From Longimicrobiales bacterium (GTDB lineage Bacteria > Gemmatimonadota > Gemmatimonadetes > Longimicrobiales > Gaopeijiaceae), in the NCBI GenBank assembly GCA_041690395.1, contig JAWLHJ010000001.1, positions 320,001 through 384,000 on the forward strand: DNA of 64,000 nucleotides. Reading direction: 5' to 3'. The notes under the pieces are model-generated. The model did not search any database, was not told where the DNA came from, and worked only from the letters and a program-made list of their open reading frames with translations. Below, piece after piece: positions 36,597-46,364 of the stretch (position 1 is the stretch's first letter; every line of letters starts with the position of its first letter). A program made the translations under genes and the position numbers.

Positions 36597-37963
36597 TGGC
36601 CGTCGGCACCACCGAGCGCGGCGCGCTCACGCATCCGGACGTCACCCGGCTCGACGACGTCAACCGCGACGTCCTGAAGGTGCTCTCCACCCCCGGCAAG
36701 GGGTGGTGGGCGCTTTTCGGACTGTGCGTCGCGGGCGTCGGGCTCTTCTTCGGAGCCTGGATCTACCAGATGGTCCGGGGGATCGGCGTCTCGGGCCTCA
36801 CGTCGCCGGTCGGCTGGGGCGTCTACATCACGACCTTCGTGTTCTGGGTCGGTATCGCGCACTCCGGCACGCTGATCTCGGCGATTCTGTTCCTGTTCCG
36901 GGCGCCGTGGCGACAGTCGATCTACCGAGCGGCCGAGGCGATGACGGTCTTCGCCGTCATGACCGCCGGGCTCTTCCCGCTCATTCACGTGGGACGGCTC
37001 TGGCACGCGTACTGGCTGGTCCCGTATCCGAACTCCCGGTTCCTGTGGCCGAACTTCAAGTCGCCGCTGGTCTGGGACGTGTTCGCCGTCACTACGTACT
37101 TCACGGTGTCGGCGGTCTTCTTCTATCTCGGGACGATCCCCGACGTGGCCGCCGCGCGTGACCGCGCGACGGGGCTCCGCAAGAAGCTCTACAGCGCCAT
37201 CTCGCTCGGCTGGCAGGGGACCGACCGCCAGTGGCATCACTTCGGGAAGGCCTACATCTTCCTGGCCGCGCTGGCGACTCCGCTGGTGCTCTCGGTGCAC
37301 TCGGTCGTTTCGTGGGACTTCGCGATGGGCATCGTGCCCGGTTGGCACGCCACCATCTTCGCGCCCTACTTCGTGGCCGGCGCCATCTTCTCCGGCGTGG
37401 CGATGGTGATCACGCTCACCGTGCCGCTCCGGAAGATCTTCGGGCTCGAGGCGTACCTCACCACGAAGCACTTCGACGCGATGGCCAAGCTGTGCCTCCT
37501 CACGTCGCTGATCGTGCTGTACGCGTACCTGTCCGAGTTCTTCATGGCCTGGTACAGCGGTGAGGAGATCGAGCGGACGGCGTTCTGGAACCGCCTCTTC
37601 GGGCAGTACTGGTGGGCCTCCTGGACGATGCTCGTCTGCAACGGCCTCGTCCCGATCATGCTCTGGTTCAAGCGGGTGCGGCATTCGATCCCGGCGCTCT
37701 TCGTCATCTCGATCTTCATCAACATCGGGATGTGGTTCGAGCGCTTCGTGATCGTGGTGGTCTCGCTCTCGCACGAGTACGAGCCGTTCGCCTGGGGTGT
37801 CTACCGACCGTCCATCACCGAGATGAGCATCATGGTCGGGAGCTTCGCCTGGTTCGGCTTCTGGTTCCTGCTCTTCACCCGGCTCCTGCCGCCCATCGCG
37901 ATCCAGGAGCTCAAGGAAGTCCTGCCCGCGCCCATGCGTAAGCAGAACAAGGAGGCCCACTGA
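36596..37963 (+). CDS. actC: alternative complex III NrfD-family quinol-binding subunit
   Basis: WGVYITTFVFWVGIAHSGTLISAIL, RAAEAMT, SPLVWD, LSVHSVVSWDF, ERFVIV. Confidence 0.93.
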   Translation: MAVGTTERGALTHPDVTRLDDVNRDVLKVLSTPGKGWWALFGLCVAGVGLFFGAWIYQMVRGIGVSGLTSPVGWGVYITTFVFWVGIAHSGTLISAILFLFRAPWRQSIYRAAEAMTVFAVMTAGLFPLIHVGRLWHAYWLVPYPNSRFLWPNFKSPLVWDVFAVTTYFTVSAVFFYLGTIPDVAAARDRATGLRKKLYSAISLGWQGTDRQWHHFGKAYIFLAALATPLVLSVHSVVSWDFAMGIVPGWHATIFAPYFVAGAIFSGVAMVITLTVPLRKIFGLEAYLTTKHFDAMAKLCLLTSLIVLYAYLSEFFMAWYSGEEIERTAFWNRLFGQYWWASWTMLVCNGLVPIMLWFKRVRHSIPALFVISIFINIGMWFERFVIVVVSLSHEYEPFAWGVYRPSITEMSIMVGSFAWFGFWFLLFTRLLPPIAIQELKEVLPAPMRKQNKEAH

Positions 37964-38487
37964 TGAGCCAGCAGGGCCAGGGCATTCTCGCCTCGTACGA
38001 GTACCTCGACAGCACGGTCGACGCCATCGAGGGGCTCAAGAAGGCGGGCTTCAAGGACATCAAGGCGTTCGCGCCCTACCCCGAGCACCATATCGAGGAC
38101 GCGCTCGGCTACGACCAGAGTCCCGTGCGCGTGTGGACGCTGGTCGGGGGCCTCACCGGCACCGCGACCGGGTTCGCGTTCACCACGTGGACGTCCATGG
38201 ATTGGCCGCTCGTCGTGGGCGGCAAGCCGATCGTCTCGATTCCGGCCTACATCGTCATCGCATTCGAGATGACGGTTCTGTTCGGAGCGCTCGCGACCGT
38301 CATCGGACTCTTCGTTCTGAGCCGGCTTCCGAACTTCAAGCCGGCCGTCGTCTACGATCCGGAGTTCACGGCGGGGCGCTACGGCGTCTACGTCGAGGCT
38401 ACCGGAGACCGCCTCGAGGAGGCGCGCAGGATCATGAACGAGCAGGAACCCATCGAGCTGCGGGAAGGGGAGGCGGCGCATGCGTAA
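37963..38487 (+). CDS. actD: alternative complex III subunit D (DUF3341)
   Basis: FAPYP, DWPLVVGGKP, FEMTVLF, two TM helices. Confidence 0.9.
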   Translation: MSQQGQGILASYEYLDSTVDAIEGLKKAGFKDIKAFAPYPEHHIEDALGYDQSPVRVWTLVGGLTGTATGFAFTTWTSMDWPLVVGGKPIVSIPAYIVIAFEMTVLFGALATVIGLFVLSRLPNFKPAVVYDPEFTAGRYGVYVEATGDRLEEARRIMNEQEPIELREGEAAHA

Positions 38488-39112
38488 CGCCACGGGCACG
38501 GCCCGCCGACTCGCCCGCCCGGTCATCGCCGGCCTGGCCATCATCCTGACGGCCGGCGCCTGCAAGCCGCTCGACGACGCCATGGTCATGGTGTTCGGCC
38601 GAAGCATGCGCGACCAGCGCACGTTCGATCCGTACGAGCACCCGCTCCAGGCACCGGAGAACTCGTACGCGTTCGCGTCGGGCAACTACCCGGCCGAGGA
38701 CGGCGTCGTGAACCTCGGCCAGCCGGAGGGCGTCGACGTACCGCGCTTCACCCAGGCCGACCTCGGCACGCCCGGCGTGGGCAACGAGGTCATCCAGGGG
38801 CTGGTGAACCCCATCGACCCGAACGACGCCACGGCGATGGCCCGCGGTCAGGAGCTCTACGACCGCTACTGCATCGTCTGCCACGGGCCGGACGGGGTGG
38901 GCGCCAACGCGAACATCGCCGCGCTCCATCCGATTCTGCCGGCGTACAACCTCTCGGGTGCGCAGGTCGCCGGATACAGCGACCAGTACCTCTACGCGAT
39001 GATCCGGGTCGGCCGCGGGCTCATGCCCGAGTACGGTAGCCGCATCACCCACTTCGATCGCTGGAAGATCGTGAACTACGTGAGAACGCTTCAGGCGGGG
39101 ACGGGCGACTGA
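38480..39112 (+). CDS. actE: alternative complex III monoheme cytochrome c lipoprotein
   Basis: Lipobox TAGAC, CIVCHG, GLMP distal Met, DRWKIVNYVR. Confidence 0.88.
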   Translation: MRNATGTARRLARPVIAGLAIILTAGACKPLDDAMVMVFGRSMRDQRTFDPYEHPLQAPENSYAFASGNYPAEDGVVNLGQPEGVDVPRFTQADLGTPGVGNEVIQGLVNPIDPNDATAMARGQELYDRYCIVCHGPDGVGANANIAALHPILPAYNLSGAQVAGYSDQYLYAMIRVGRGLMPEYGSRITHFDRWKIVNYVRTLQAGTGD

Positions 39113-40440
39113 TGGCACACATCCACGTTCCCTCCGAGGTCCCGGTCCGGTATCTGCCGCGCTCGAAGTCCGCGTCGCGGCTCGTGGGCGGACTTTTCGT
39201 GGTCGGCCTGGTCGCCTTCGTCATCCGGCTGGGCCAGGACCCGCTCTCGGCCTGGATCAGCTACGTCACGAACTGGATGTTCTTCACGAGCATCGCCATG
39301 GGCGGGGTCATGTTCGCCGTGGCCACATGGATCGTGAAGGCGAAGTGGAACTGGTCGATGCGCCGGGTGAGTCAGGCGTTCGCCGCGTTCCTGCCCATCT
39401 CGTTCGTCATGATGCTGCCCATGCTCACCCTCGGGGAGGAGTACTTCCCGTGGATCGAGATGATGGCCGACGACGTCGTCGTGCAGAACAAGGCGGCCTA
39501 CCTGAACCTGCCGTTCCTCATCTCGCGGAACGTGCTCGGGCTCATGCTGCTGTTCGGCCTGGCGTCGTACTTCGTGTATCTCGCCGTGCGCCCCGACATG
39601 GGGCTCGTGGAGGGCGAGGAGGAGGGCGATCCCGCCCGGGCGTCGTGGCGTGAGCGGCTGACCCAGGGGTGGATCGGCCAGGAGCAGGAGGAGGTCGCCA
39701 GCTACCACCGGATGACGACCATCGCGCCGGCGATCGTGATGATCTACGCCGTGGTCATGAGCATCGTCAGCTACGACTGGGCCATGTCGCTCGAGCCGCA
39801 CTGGTTCAGCACCATGTTCGGCGCCTGGTTCTTCATGGGCGCGTTCTGGGGCGGCATCGCCTCGACCGCGCTGTGGGCGCTGTACCTGCGGACCCAGCAC
39901 AAGGATTTCGCGAACCACATCGGGCTGCAGCAGCGGCACGACATCGGCAAGCTGACCTTCGCGTTCACGGTGTTCTGGACCTACCTGTTCTTCAGCCAGT
40001 ACATCGTCATCTGGTACGGCAAGCTGCCCTGGGAGCAGGCCTGGATCATCAACCGGTCCGGGCCGGTGTGGGGCAAGTTCTCGCTGCTCGTGATCGTGCT
40101 CTGCTTCCTGGTGCCGTTCGTCGGGCTCATCGGCCGGAAGGCGAAGATGAAGCCGAAGCTACTCGCGTTCTTCGCTTCGGTGATCATGGTCGGGCTCTGG
40201 CTCGAGCGGTACGGCCTGGTCGCGCCGTCGCTCTGGCACGAGGGCGACCCGGTGTTCACCATCTGGCATCCGCTCATCGGATGCATGTTCCTCGGTCTCT
40301 ATATCGGCGCGGTGCGGTGGTTCCTGAGCACCTTCCCCGCCATGCAGCTGTGGCAGCCGATGGTCGATCCGGAGACGGTCGAGGCGGAAGTGCCGCGCGA
40401 CCTGGAAGCGCACGGGTACGGGCGGCTGGGCACGGGCTGA
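39112..40440 (+). CDS. actF: alternative complex III membrane subunit F
   Basis: KAAYLN, DWAMSLEPHWFST, HDIGKL, FWTYLFFSQYIVIWYG. Confidence 0.9.
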   Translation: MAHIHVPSEVPVRYLPRSKSASRLVGGLFVVGLVAFVIRLGQDPLSAWISYVTNWMFFTSIAMGGVMFAVATWIVKAKWNWSMRRVSQAFAAFLPISFVMMLPMLTLGEEYFPWIEMMADDVVVQNKAAYLNLPFLISRNVLGLMLLFGLASYFVYLAVRPDMGLVEGEEEGDPARASWRERLTQGWIGQEQEEVASYHRMTTIAPAIVMIYAVVMSIVSYDWAMSLEPHWFSTMFGAWFFMGAFWGGIASTALWALYLRTQHKDFANHIGLQQRHDIGKLTFAFTVFWTYLFFSQYIVIWYGKLPWEQAWIINRSGPVWGKFSLLVIVLCFLVPFVGLIGRKAKMKPKLLAFFASVIMVGLWLERYGLVAPSLWHEGDPVFTIWHPLIGCMFLGLYIGAVRWFLSTFPAMQLWQPMVDPETVEAEVPRDLEAHGYGRLGTG

Positions 40441-40449
40441 GGCCGCTCT

Positions 40450-40956
40450 TCAGCGCGTGCCCTCCAGGAAGCGGTTGATCTCGGCGGCTGCCCGGTCGCA
40501 GAGGGTGCGGTCGGGGTACAGGATGGGCGTGAGGGAGGCCCGTCGGTTGCCTTGTAGCTCCAGTCCGACCCCGTAGACGGGGTCGCCGTCGGAATCGGAG
40601 TCACGGGTCACGACCGCCTCCCGGATCTCCGCCAGCCGGATCTGCTCGCGTCCCGTATGGAACGGGGCCCGCCGCGAGATGACGACTGTCCGCCGGACGG
40701 GATCGATGACGGTGCGGTGGCCGCGGGCCTCGTGGAGGATCCAGGCCCCGGCACCCATGACGGCCAGGCTCACGGCCCAGGCCACGCCCCGCTCCCAGAG
40801 CCCCACTTCGTAGAGGTTCACGAAGCCGCCGAGGAGCCCGTAGACGAAGATCCCGCCGATGGCCACGAAGAAGACGCCCAGAACGGGAACCGGGCCGGCG
40901 GATGCTTCCACCACCAGCTGGCTCCCGTCCTGGCGCACGACTACGGGGTCCTTCAT
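40450..40956 (-). CDS. hypothetical membrane protein
   Basis: Two TM helices followed by a beta-rich soluble part. Confidence 0.7.
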   Translation of the reverse strand: MKDPVVVRQDGSQLVVEASAGPVPVLGVFFVAIGGIFVYGLLGGFVNLYEVGLWERGVAWAVSLAVMGAGAWILHEARGHRTVIDPVRRTVVISRRAPFHTGREQIRLAEIREAVVTRDSDSDGDPVYGVGLELQGNRRASLTPILYPDRTLCDRAAAEINRFLEGTR

Positions 40957-40960
40957 CGGA

Positions 40961-41782
40961 TCACTCCGAGTACAGGTCGGCCGCCGCGCGCGCCGACGTC
41001 ACGATCCCGCGGATCATCGCGGACGAGAAGCCGGCGTGCTCCATCTCGTTCAGGCCGGTGATGGTGCACCCGCGCGGAGTCGTCACCCGGTCGATCTCGC
41101 TCTCGGGGTGCGCGCCGGTGCGGAGTGCGAGCGCGGCGGCCCCCTTGGCAGTCTGGGCCGCCAGCAGCGCCGCATCCTCCGGATGGAAGCCGATCTCGAT
41201 GCCGCCCTGGCCCGCGGCCCGCACGCAGCGGAGGAAGAACGCGATCCCGCAGGCGCAGAGCGCGGTCGCCGGCACGATCATGTCCTCGGGGATGACCAGG
41301 GTGCGGCCCACGACGTCGAAGAGCTCCTCGGCTTCGCGGAGGATGTCGGCGCTGCCCCCCTCCTCGCCCGCGAGGCACGTCATCGACTCGCCGATCATGA
41401 CCGCGGTGTTCGGCATGGCGCGCACGATGGGGACCGACGTGCCGCCCGCGGCCTTCCGGATCTCGTCGATCGAGGCGCCCGACACGACGGAGATCAGCCG
41501 ATGCCGTCCGGACTCCAGCGCCGGCCCGATCTCGCCCAGGAGCGCGCCGAGCTGCTGCGGCTGCACGGCGAGCACGATCAGATTCGCCCCCCGCACCGCC
41601 TCGGCGTTCGAGTCGGTCACCACGAAGCCCTCCGCGGAGAGGGCCGCCAGCTTCTCGGGGTGGCGGCGGGTCACGACGATGCGGCCCGCCTCGAACGAGC
41701 CCGCGCGGGCCCAGCCACGTGCCAGCGCCTCGCCCAGATTGCCGCCGCCCAGGATGGCCACGTCATACAGCTTCTCGCTCAC
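40961..41782 (-). CDS. proC: pyrroline-5-carboxylate reductase
   Basis: GGGNLG, LAVQP, VRAMPNT, TALCACGIAF, VTTPRGCTI; GTG start after GAAGGGG. Confidence 0.92.
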   Translation of the reverse strand: MSEKLYDVAILGGGNLGEALARGWARAGSFEAGRIVVTRRHPEKLAALSAEGFVVTDSNAEAVRGANLIVLAVQPQQLGALLGEIGPALESGRHRLISVVSGASIDEIRKAAGGTSVPIVRAMPNTAVMIGESMTCLAGEEGGSADILREAEELFDVVGRTLVIPEDMIVPATALCACGIAFFLRCVRAAGQGGIEIGFHPEDAALLAAQTAKGAAALALRTGAHPESEIDRVTTPRGCTITGLNEMEHAGFSSAMIRGIVTSARAAADLYSE

Positions 41783-41922
41783 GGGTCCCCCTTCAGGATG
41801 CGCGGACGGATAGCGGGCCGCCGCGCGGTGTATTCGGAGTCGTCGCCGGTCGCACGCCCCTCGCGTGCCTCCCGGGTTCGTGGCTAACGTAATCGATCGC
41901 AACGTCACACGGAGCCTCGCCT

Positions 41923-42420
41923 ATGCACTGCAAGACACCTCGTTCGTCACTCTTCCCGCTCGCCCTTCCGCTCGTGCTCCTTACGCTGGCCGCGTCGGGC
42001 TGCCTGCAGGACGAGCCCGCGGGTCCCTCGGTCGACTACCAGGTCATCGAGGACGTCACGTTCGCCGAGAGTCTCGGCATCGATCTCGACGCGATGACCG
42101 TGACCAGCGAAGGCATCTACATCCAGGATCTCGTCGAAGGCGCCGGCCCCGAAGCCGACTTCGGCGACCAGGTCGCGATCGTCTACAGCGGATACCTGAA
42201 CACCGGCGTTCAGTACCTCCAGGAAGACACCATCGAGTTCCAGCTCGGTGGAGAGATCGTGCCCGAGGGCGTGCACCTGGCGATGCTCGGGCAGCAGGCG
42301 GGCGGCGAGCGCCTCATGGTGATCCCACCGCGGTACGGGTACGGCGCGCGCTCGTACGAGAACGTGCCGGCCGGGTCGATTCTGATCTTCCGGGTCGAGC
42401 TGCTGGAGCTGATCGGCTAG
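41923..42420 (+). CDS. FKBP-type peptidyl-prolyl isomerase-like lipoprotein
   Basis: Lipobox ASGC; GIYIQDLVEGAG, YSGYL, GGERLMVIPPRYGYG, LIFRVEL. Confidence 0.82.
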   Translation: MHCKTPRSSLFPLALPLVLLTLAASGCLQDEPAGPSVDYQVIEDVTFAESLGIDLDAMTVTSEGIYIQDLVEGAGPEADFGDQVAIVYSGYLNTGVQYLQEDTIEFQLGGEIVPEGVHLAMLGQQAGGERLMVIPPRYGYGARSYENVPAGSILIFRVELLELIG

Positions 42421-42517
42421 CGGGCCTGGCTGGCCTGCGGCCGGTTCGCTCGCCAGGGCATCTGATTCGAATGAGCCGGGGCTTGGGTGCGGGCTGTGGT
42501 CTCTTCCGCGCGGGCCA

Positions 42518-42663
42518 TTCGAAAGTCGTTCGAACGTCGAACGAGTTGGAACGTGGGTCGGGTGGCGACGCCAGGGAGGATTCCCGCGTAGTACCTGCGC
42601 CCGGCAGCCGGCGTCCTCGCCACGGTGACGGCAGAGATCGTTCGAACCTCGAACGAGTTTCAA
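42518..42663 (+). repeat. REPIN/MITE-like element family A, copy 2
   Basis: TTCGAAAGTCGTTCGAACGTCGAACGAGTT ... GTGACGG..GAGATCGTTCGAACCTCGAACGA; same length as copy 1. Confidence 0.8.
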
Positions 42664-42770
42664 CCCTGCGGGGAAGACATCACCCCTGCGCGCTCGGCTG
42701 AGGATGCGCGCCGGGACGACGGGGGCTAATATCCGCCGCTCCCCCCCCCGCCCCAGCCGGAGTTGATTCC

Positions 42771-44804
42771 TTGAGCATGCGTCCACCCCTCGACAGGCCC
42801 TCTCTGGACTCGGCGGGCCGACTCTCCCGGCGCGACTTCGCCAAGGCGATGGGCGTCCTGGCACTCGGAACGCAGCTCCCGGGCTGTTTCGGGGGTGACG
42901 GCGGGGGGAGGGGGAGGGCCGCCCACGGGCCGTTCGTGCCGCACGCCGGTCCCGGCGGGATGACCGTGCTGTCGGACCTCCGGGTACCGATGCGCGACGG
43001 CGTCCACCTCGCGACGGACGTCTACCTGCCGGCAGTCGACGGCGAGGCGCTCCCCGGGCCGTTCCCCGTCATCCTGGAGCGGACACCCTACGGCAAGACG
43101 CGGCCGAGCCGGAGCGAGCGGTCGCGCGCGGAGCCCGACGAGGCGAAGGGGCGGGCCGAGGTCGCGCGCATGTTCGTCGATCGCGGCTTCGCGGTCATCT
43201 ACCAGGACAACCGCGGCCGCTACGACTCGGAGGGGACGTACACGAAGTACCTCGACAACGTCGAGGACGGATACGACTGCTGCGCGTGGATCCTCGATCA
43301 GCCCTGGTGCGACGGGCAGATCGGGACGATGGGGCTGTCGTACGCCGCTCACACCCAGGCCGCGCTGGCCTCGGCGGGCGCGCCCGGGGTGGCGTCGATG
43401 TTCATCGATTCGGGCGGCTTCTCGAACTCGTACCAGGGCGGGATCCGGCAGGGGGGCGCGTTCGAGCTGAAGCAGGCCACGTGGGCCTACCGGAACGCCC
43501 TCGTGAGCCCCGAGGTGCTGGCCGATCCCGAGCTCAAGCGCCGCATGGAGGCCGTCGACATCCATCAGTGGTTCCGGGAGATGCCGTGGGCACCCGGACG
43601 CTCGCCCGTGAGCCTGGCCCCCGACTACGAGGCGTATCTCTTCGAGCAGTGGACGCGGGGTGAGTTCGACGACTACTGGAAGCACCCGGCCATCTACGCC
43701 GCGGGATACTGGGAGAACTGGCCCGACGCGCCGATCGCGCTGATGTCTTCCTGGTTCGACCCGTATCCGCGCACGACCATCGAGAACTATCTGGGGCTGA
43801 ACGCCCTCGGGAAGGGGCCGCTCACCCTCATCATGGGACCGTGGACGCACGGTGACCGCTCGCTGACCTACGCCGGCGACGTCGACTTCGGGTCCGCCGC
43901 GACGCTCGACGGCCAGGTGGCGTCGGACTTCTGGGAGCTCCGACTCCGCTGGTTCGAGCATTGGCTGAGGGGGGTCGACAACGGCGTCGACGCCGAGCCC
44001 GCGGTCCGCTACTTCGTCATGGGCGGGGGGAGCGGGCTCACGAACGCCGACGGTCGCATGGACCACGGCGGGCGCTGGCGGACCGCCGCCGAATGGCCGA
44101 TCCCGGGCACGATCGAGCAGCCGTACTACCTCGGCGTGGGCGGAACGCTGACTCCCGAGCCGCCCGACGTGGAGAACGCGTCCCGACGGTACGAGTACGA
44201 CCCTCGCAGTCCCGTGCCGAGCATCGGCGGGACCATCACGTCCGGCGCGCCGATCATGGCGGGGGGTGCCTACGACCAGCGCGAGTCGTCGGAGTTCTAC
44301 GGCTCGACGCCTCCTTACCGGCCGCTCGCCGAGCGTCAGGACGTGCTCGTCTTCCAGACGCCGCCCCTCGAGCAGGACGTCGAGGTGACGGGCCCGCTCA
44401 TGGTGCGCCTCTGGATCAGCTCGGACGCCCCGGACACCGACTTCACCGCGAAGCTCGTCGACGTGTATCCCCCGAACGAGGATTACCCCGAGGGATACGC
44501 GATGAACGTCACCGACGGGATCATCCGGGTGCGCTACCGCGACTCGTGGGAGCAGCCCGAGCTCATGGAGCCCGGCGAGGTCTACGAAGTGACCATCGAG
44601 GCGTTTCCGACCAGCAATCTGTTCGCGCGCGGGCACCGGATCCGGCTCGACGTGTCGAGCAGCAACTACCCGCACTTCGACCTGAACTTCAACACCGGAG
44701 AGCCCGAGGGGCTCGCGACGCACAGCCGGGTGGCGACGAACACGGTCTATATGGACCGGACGCGGCCCTCACATGCCGTGCTGCCGATCGTACCCGCGTC
44801 ATGA
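42771..44804 (+). CDS. CocE/NonD-family serine hydrolase, Tat-exported lipoprotein
   Basis: SRRDFAK plus LPGC; PMRDGVHLATDVY, RTPY, RGRYDSEG, GLSY nucleophile, GPWTH, RIRLDVSSSNYP. Confidence 0.9.
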   Translation: MSMRPPLDRPSLDSAGRLSRRDFAKAMGVLALGTQLPGCFGGDGGGRGRAAHGPFVPHAGPGGMTVLSDLRVPMRDGVHLATDVYLPAVDGEALPGPFPVILERTPYGKTRPSRSERSRAEPDEAKGRAEVARMFVDRGFAVIYQDNRGRYDSEGTYTKYLDNVEDGYDCCAWILDQPWCDGQIGTMGLSYAAHTQAALASAGAPGVASMFIDSGGFSNSYQGGIRQGGAFELKQATWAYRNALVSPEVLADPELKRRMEAVDIHQWFREMPWAPGRSPVSLAPDYEAYLFEQWTRGEFDDYWKHPAIYAAGYWENWPDAPIALMSSWFDPYPRTTIENYLGLNALGKGPLTLIMGPWTHGDRSLTYAGDVDFGSAATLDGQVASDFWELRLRWFEHWLRGVDNGVDAEPAVRYFVMGGGSGLTNADGRMDHGGRWRTAAEWPIPGTIEQPYYLGVGGTLTPEPPDVENASRRYEYDPRSPVPSIGGTITSGAPIMAGGAYDQRESSEFYGSTPPYRPLAERQDVLVFQTPPLEQDVEVTGPLMVRLWISSDAPDTDFTAKLVDVYPPNEDYPEGYAMNVTDGIIRVRYRDSWEQPELMEPGEVYEVTIEAFPTSNLFARGHRIRLDVSSSNYPHFDLNFNTGEPEGLATHSRVATNTVYMDRTRPSHAVLPIVPAS

Positions 44805-44826
44805 CGGAGTCCGTCGAGTCTTGAGC

Positions 44827-45807
44827 ATGGCGTCAGTGCGTCATGAGTATGTCATACTCATGCTGGCCGCCGTATTGGCCTCCTGCTCGGCCCCCGACCC
44901 GGCGCGCCGCGGCGTGGAGTGCCTGGCGCCCGCGGCCGCCGGAGGGGGCTGGGACCTGACCTGCCGGGTCACCGGCCGGATCCTGACCGATCTCGCGCTC
45001 GTACCGGGCGCGGTCTCGACGGTGAACATGCCGGGGGCCGGCGGGGGTGTCGCGTTCGCCCACGCGGTGGCCCAGCGGAACGACGACCCCAACGTGCTGA
45101 TCGCCGCGAGCCCGGCGACGACCCTCCGGCTCGCGCAGGGGCAGTTCGGACACCTGGAAGCGGACGACGTGCGCTGGGTCGGCGCGATCGGAGCGGAGTA
45201 CGGTATCGTGGCGGTCGACGCGGACGCGCCGTGGCAATCGCTCCGCGAGCTGCTCGAGGACTGGGCGGCGAGCCCGGACGAGATCGTGGTGAGCGGCGGG
45301 AGCGCCGTGGTCGGCCAGGATCACATGAAGATCCTGCTGCTCGGGCGGGAGGCCGGGATCGACCCGCTCCGCGTGCGGTACGTCCCGTTCGACGGCGGCG
45401 GGGAGGCACTCACCGCGCTGCTCGGCGGCTTCGTCCACGTGTTCAGCGGCGAAGCGTCCGAGGTCGAGAGCCACCTCGAGACCGGCTCGATCCGGGTGCT
45501 CGCGGTGCTCTCGCCCGGGCCGCTCGACGGGCTGCTGGCCGGCGTCCCCACCGCGATCGAGCAGGGATACGACGTGGAGTGGGTCACGTGGCGGGGCTTC
45601 TATGTCCCTGGTGGACTGAACGATACGGAGTACGACGCCTGGGTGGAGCGGCTCCGGGCGGTGGGTGAGTCCGAGGCGTGGGCGACCGCCCGGGCGCAGG
45701 CCCGACTCCGGCCGTACTTCCTGGTCGGCGAGCCGTTCGAGGCGTTCGTGATGGAGCAGGTCGACGCGTTCAGCGGCCTCGCGCGGGAGATGGGGGTGAT
45801 CCGGTGA
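44827..45807 (+). CDS. tctC: tripartite tricarboxylate transporter substrate-binding protein
   Basis: APAAAGGGWDLTCR, NMPGAGG, YVPFDGGGE, VPTAIEQG, WRG. Confidence 0.9.
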   Translation: MASVRHEYVILMLAAVLASCSAPDPARRGVECLAPAAAGGGWDLTCRVTGRILTDLALVPGAVSTVNMPGAGGGVAFAHAVAQRNDDPNVLIAASPATTLRLAQGQFGHLEADDVRWVGAIGAEYGIVAVDADAPWQSLRELLEDWAASPDEIVVSGGSAVVGQDHMKILLLGREAGIDPLRVRYVPFDGGGEALTALLGGFVHVFSGEASEVESHLETGSIRVLAVLSPGPLDGLLAGVPTAIEQGYDVEWVTWRGFYVPGGLNDTEYDAWVERLRAVGESEAWATARAQARLRPYFLVGEPFEAFVMEQVDAFSGLAREMGVIR

Positions 45808-45820
45808 CCGGGGCGGACCG

Positions 45821-46351
45821 ATGACGGCCTCCCGCGCCCCGCTCATCGCGGCCCTCGGCGTCGTCGTGGCCGCCGCCGCCATCGCGCTCGAGGCCACCAC
45901 GTTCGACGTGGCGTTTCCGACCGATCCGCTCGGGCCCAAGGCGTTCCCGATGGTCGCCGCGGTGCTGCTCGCCATGGGAGGCCTCGCGTTGGTGCGGAGC
46001 GCGCGGGCGGACCGGGTGAAGGCGGCCCGGGCGGAGGCGGACGGGGCAGAGGCGGGCGTCGGGCGCGGGATCGCGGGCGCGGACGGTGGCGAGACGGGTG
46101 CGGACGGCCCGGAACCCGGCGCCGCCCGCCGGATCGCGCTCGGCACCGTCAGCTTCGTCGTGTACGCCTTCCTGCTGGCCCCGCTCGGCTTCGTGCTCGC
46201 CACCACCCTCGAGTTCGCCGTGCTGGCCCGCCTGTTCGGGGGGCCCACAGCCCGTGGCGCCGCGGCCGGGCTCGTCTTCGCGCTCCTGCTCTACGCGCTC
46301 TTCGTATACGGGCTCGGGCTTCCGCTCCCGCTCGGTATCCTCGAAGCCTGA
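45821..46351 (+). CDS. tctB: tripartite tricarboxylate transporter small membrane subunit
   Basis: DPLGPKAFP, four TM helices, LGLPLP end. Confidence 0.88.
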   Translation: MTASRAPLIAALGVVVAAAAIALEATTFDVAFPTDPLGPKAFPMVAAVLLAMGGLALVRSARADRVKAARAEADGAEAGVGRGIAGADGGETGADGPEPGAARRIALGTVSFVVYAFLLAPLGFVLATTLEFAVLARLFGGPTARGAAAGLVFALLLYALFVYGLGLPLPLGILEA

Positions 46352-46364
46352 GCAGGACCACGAC

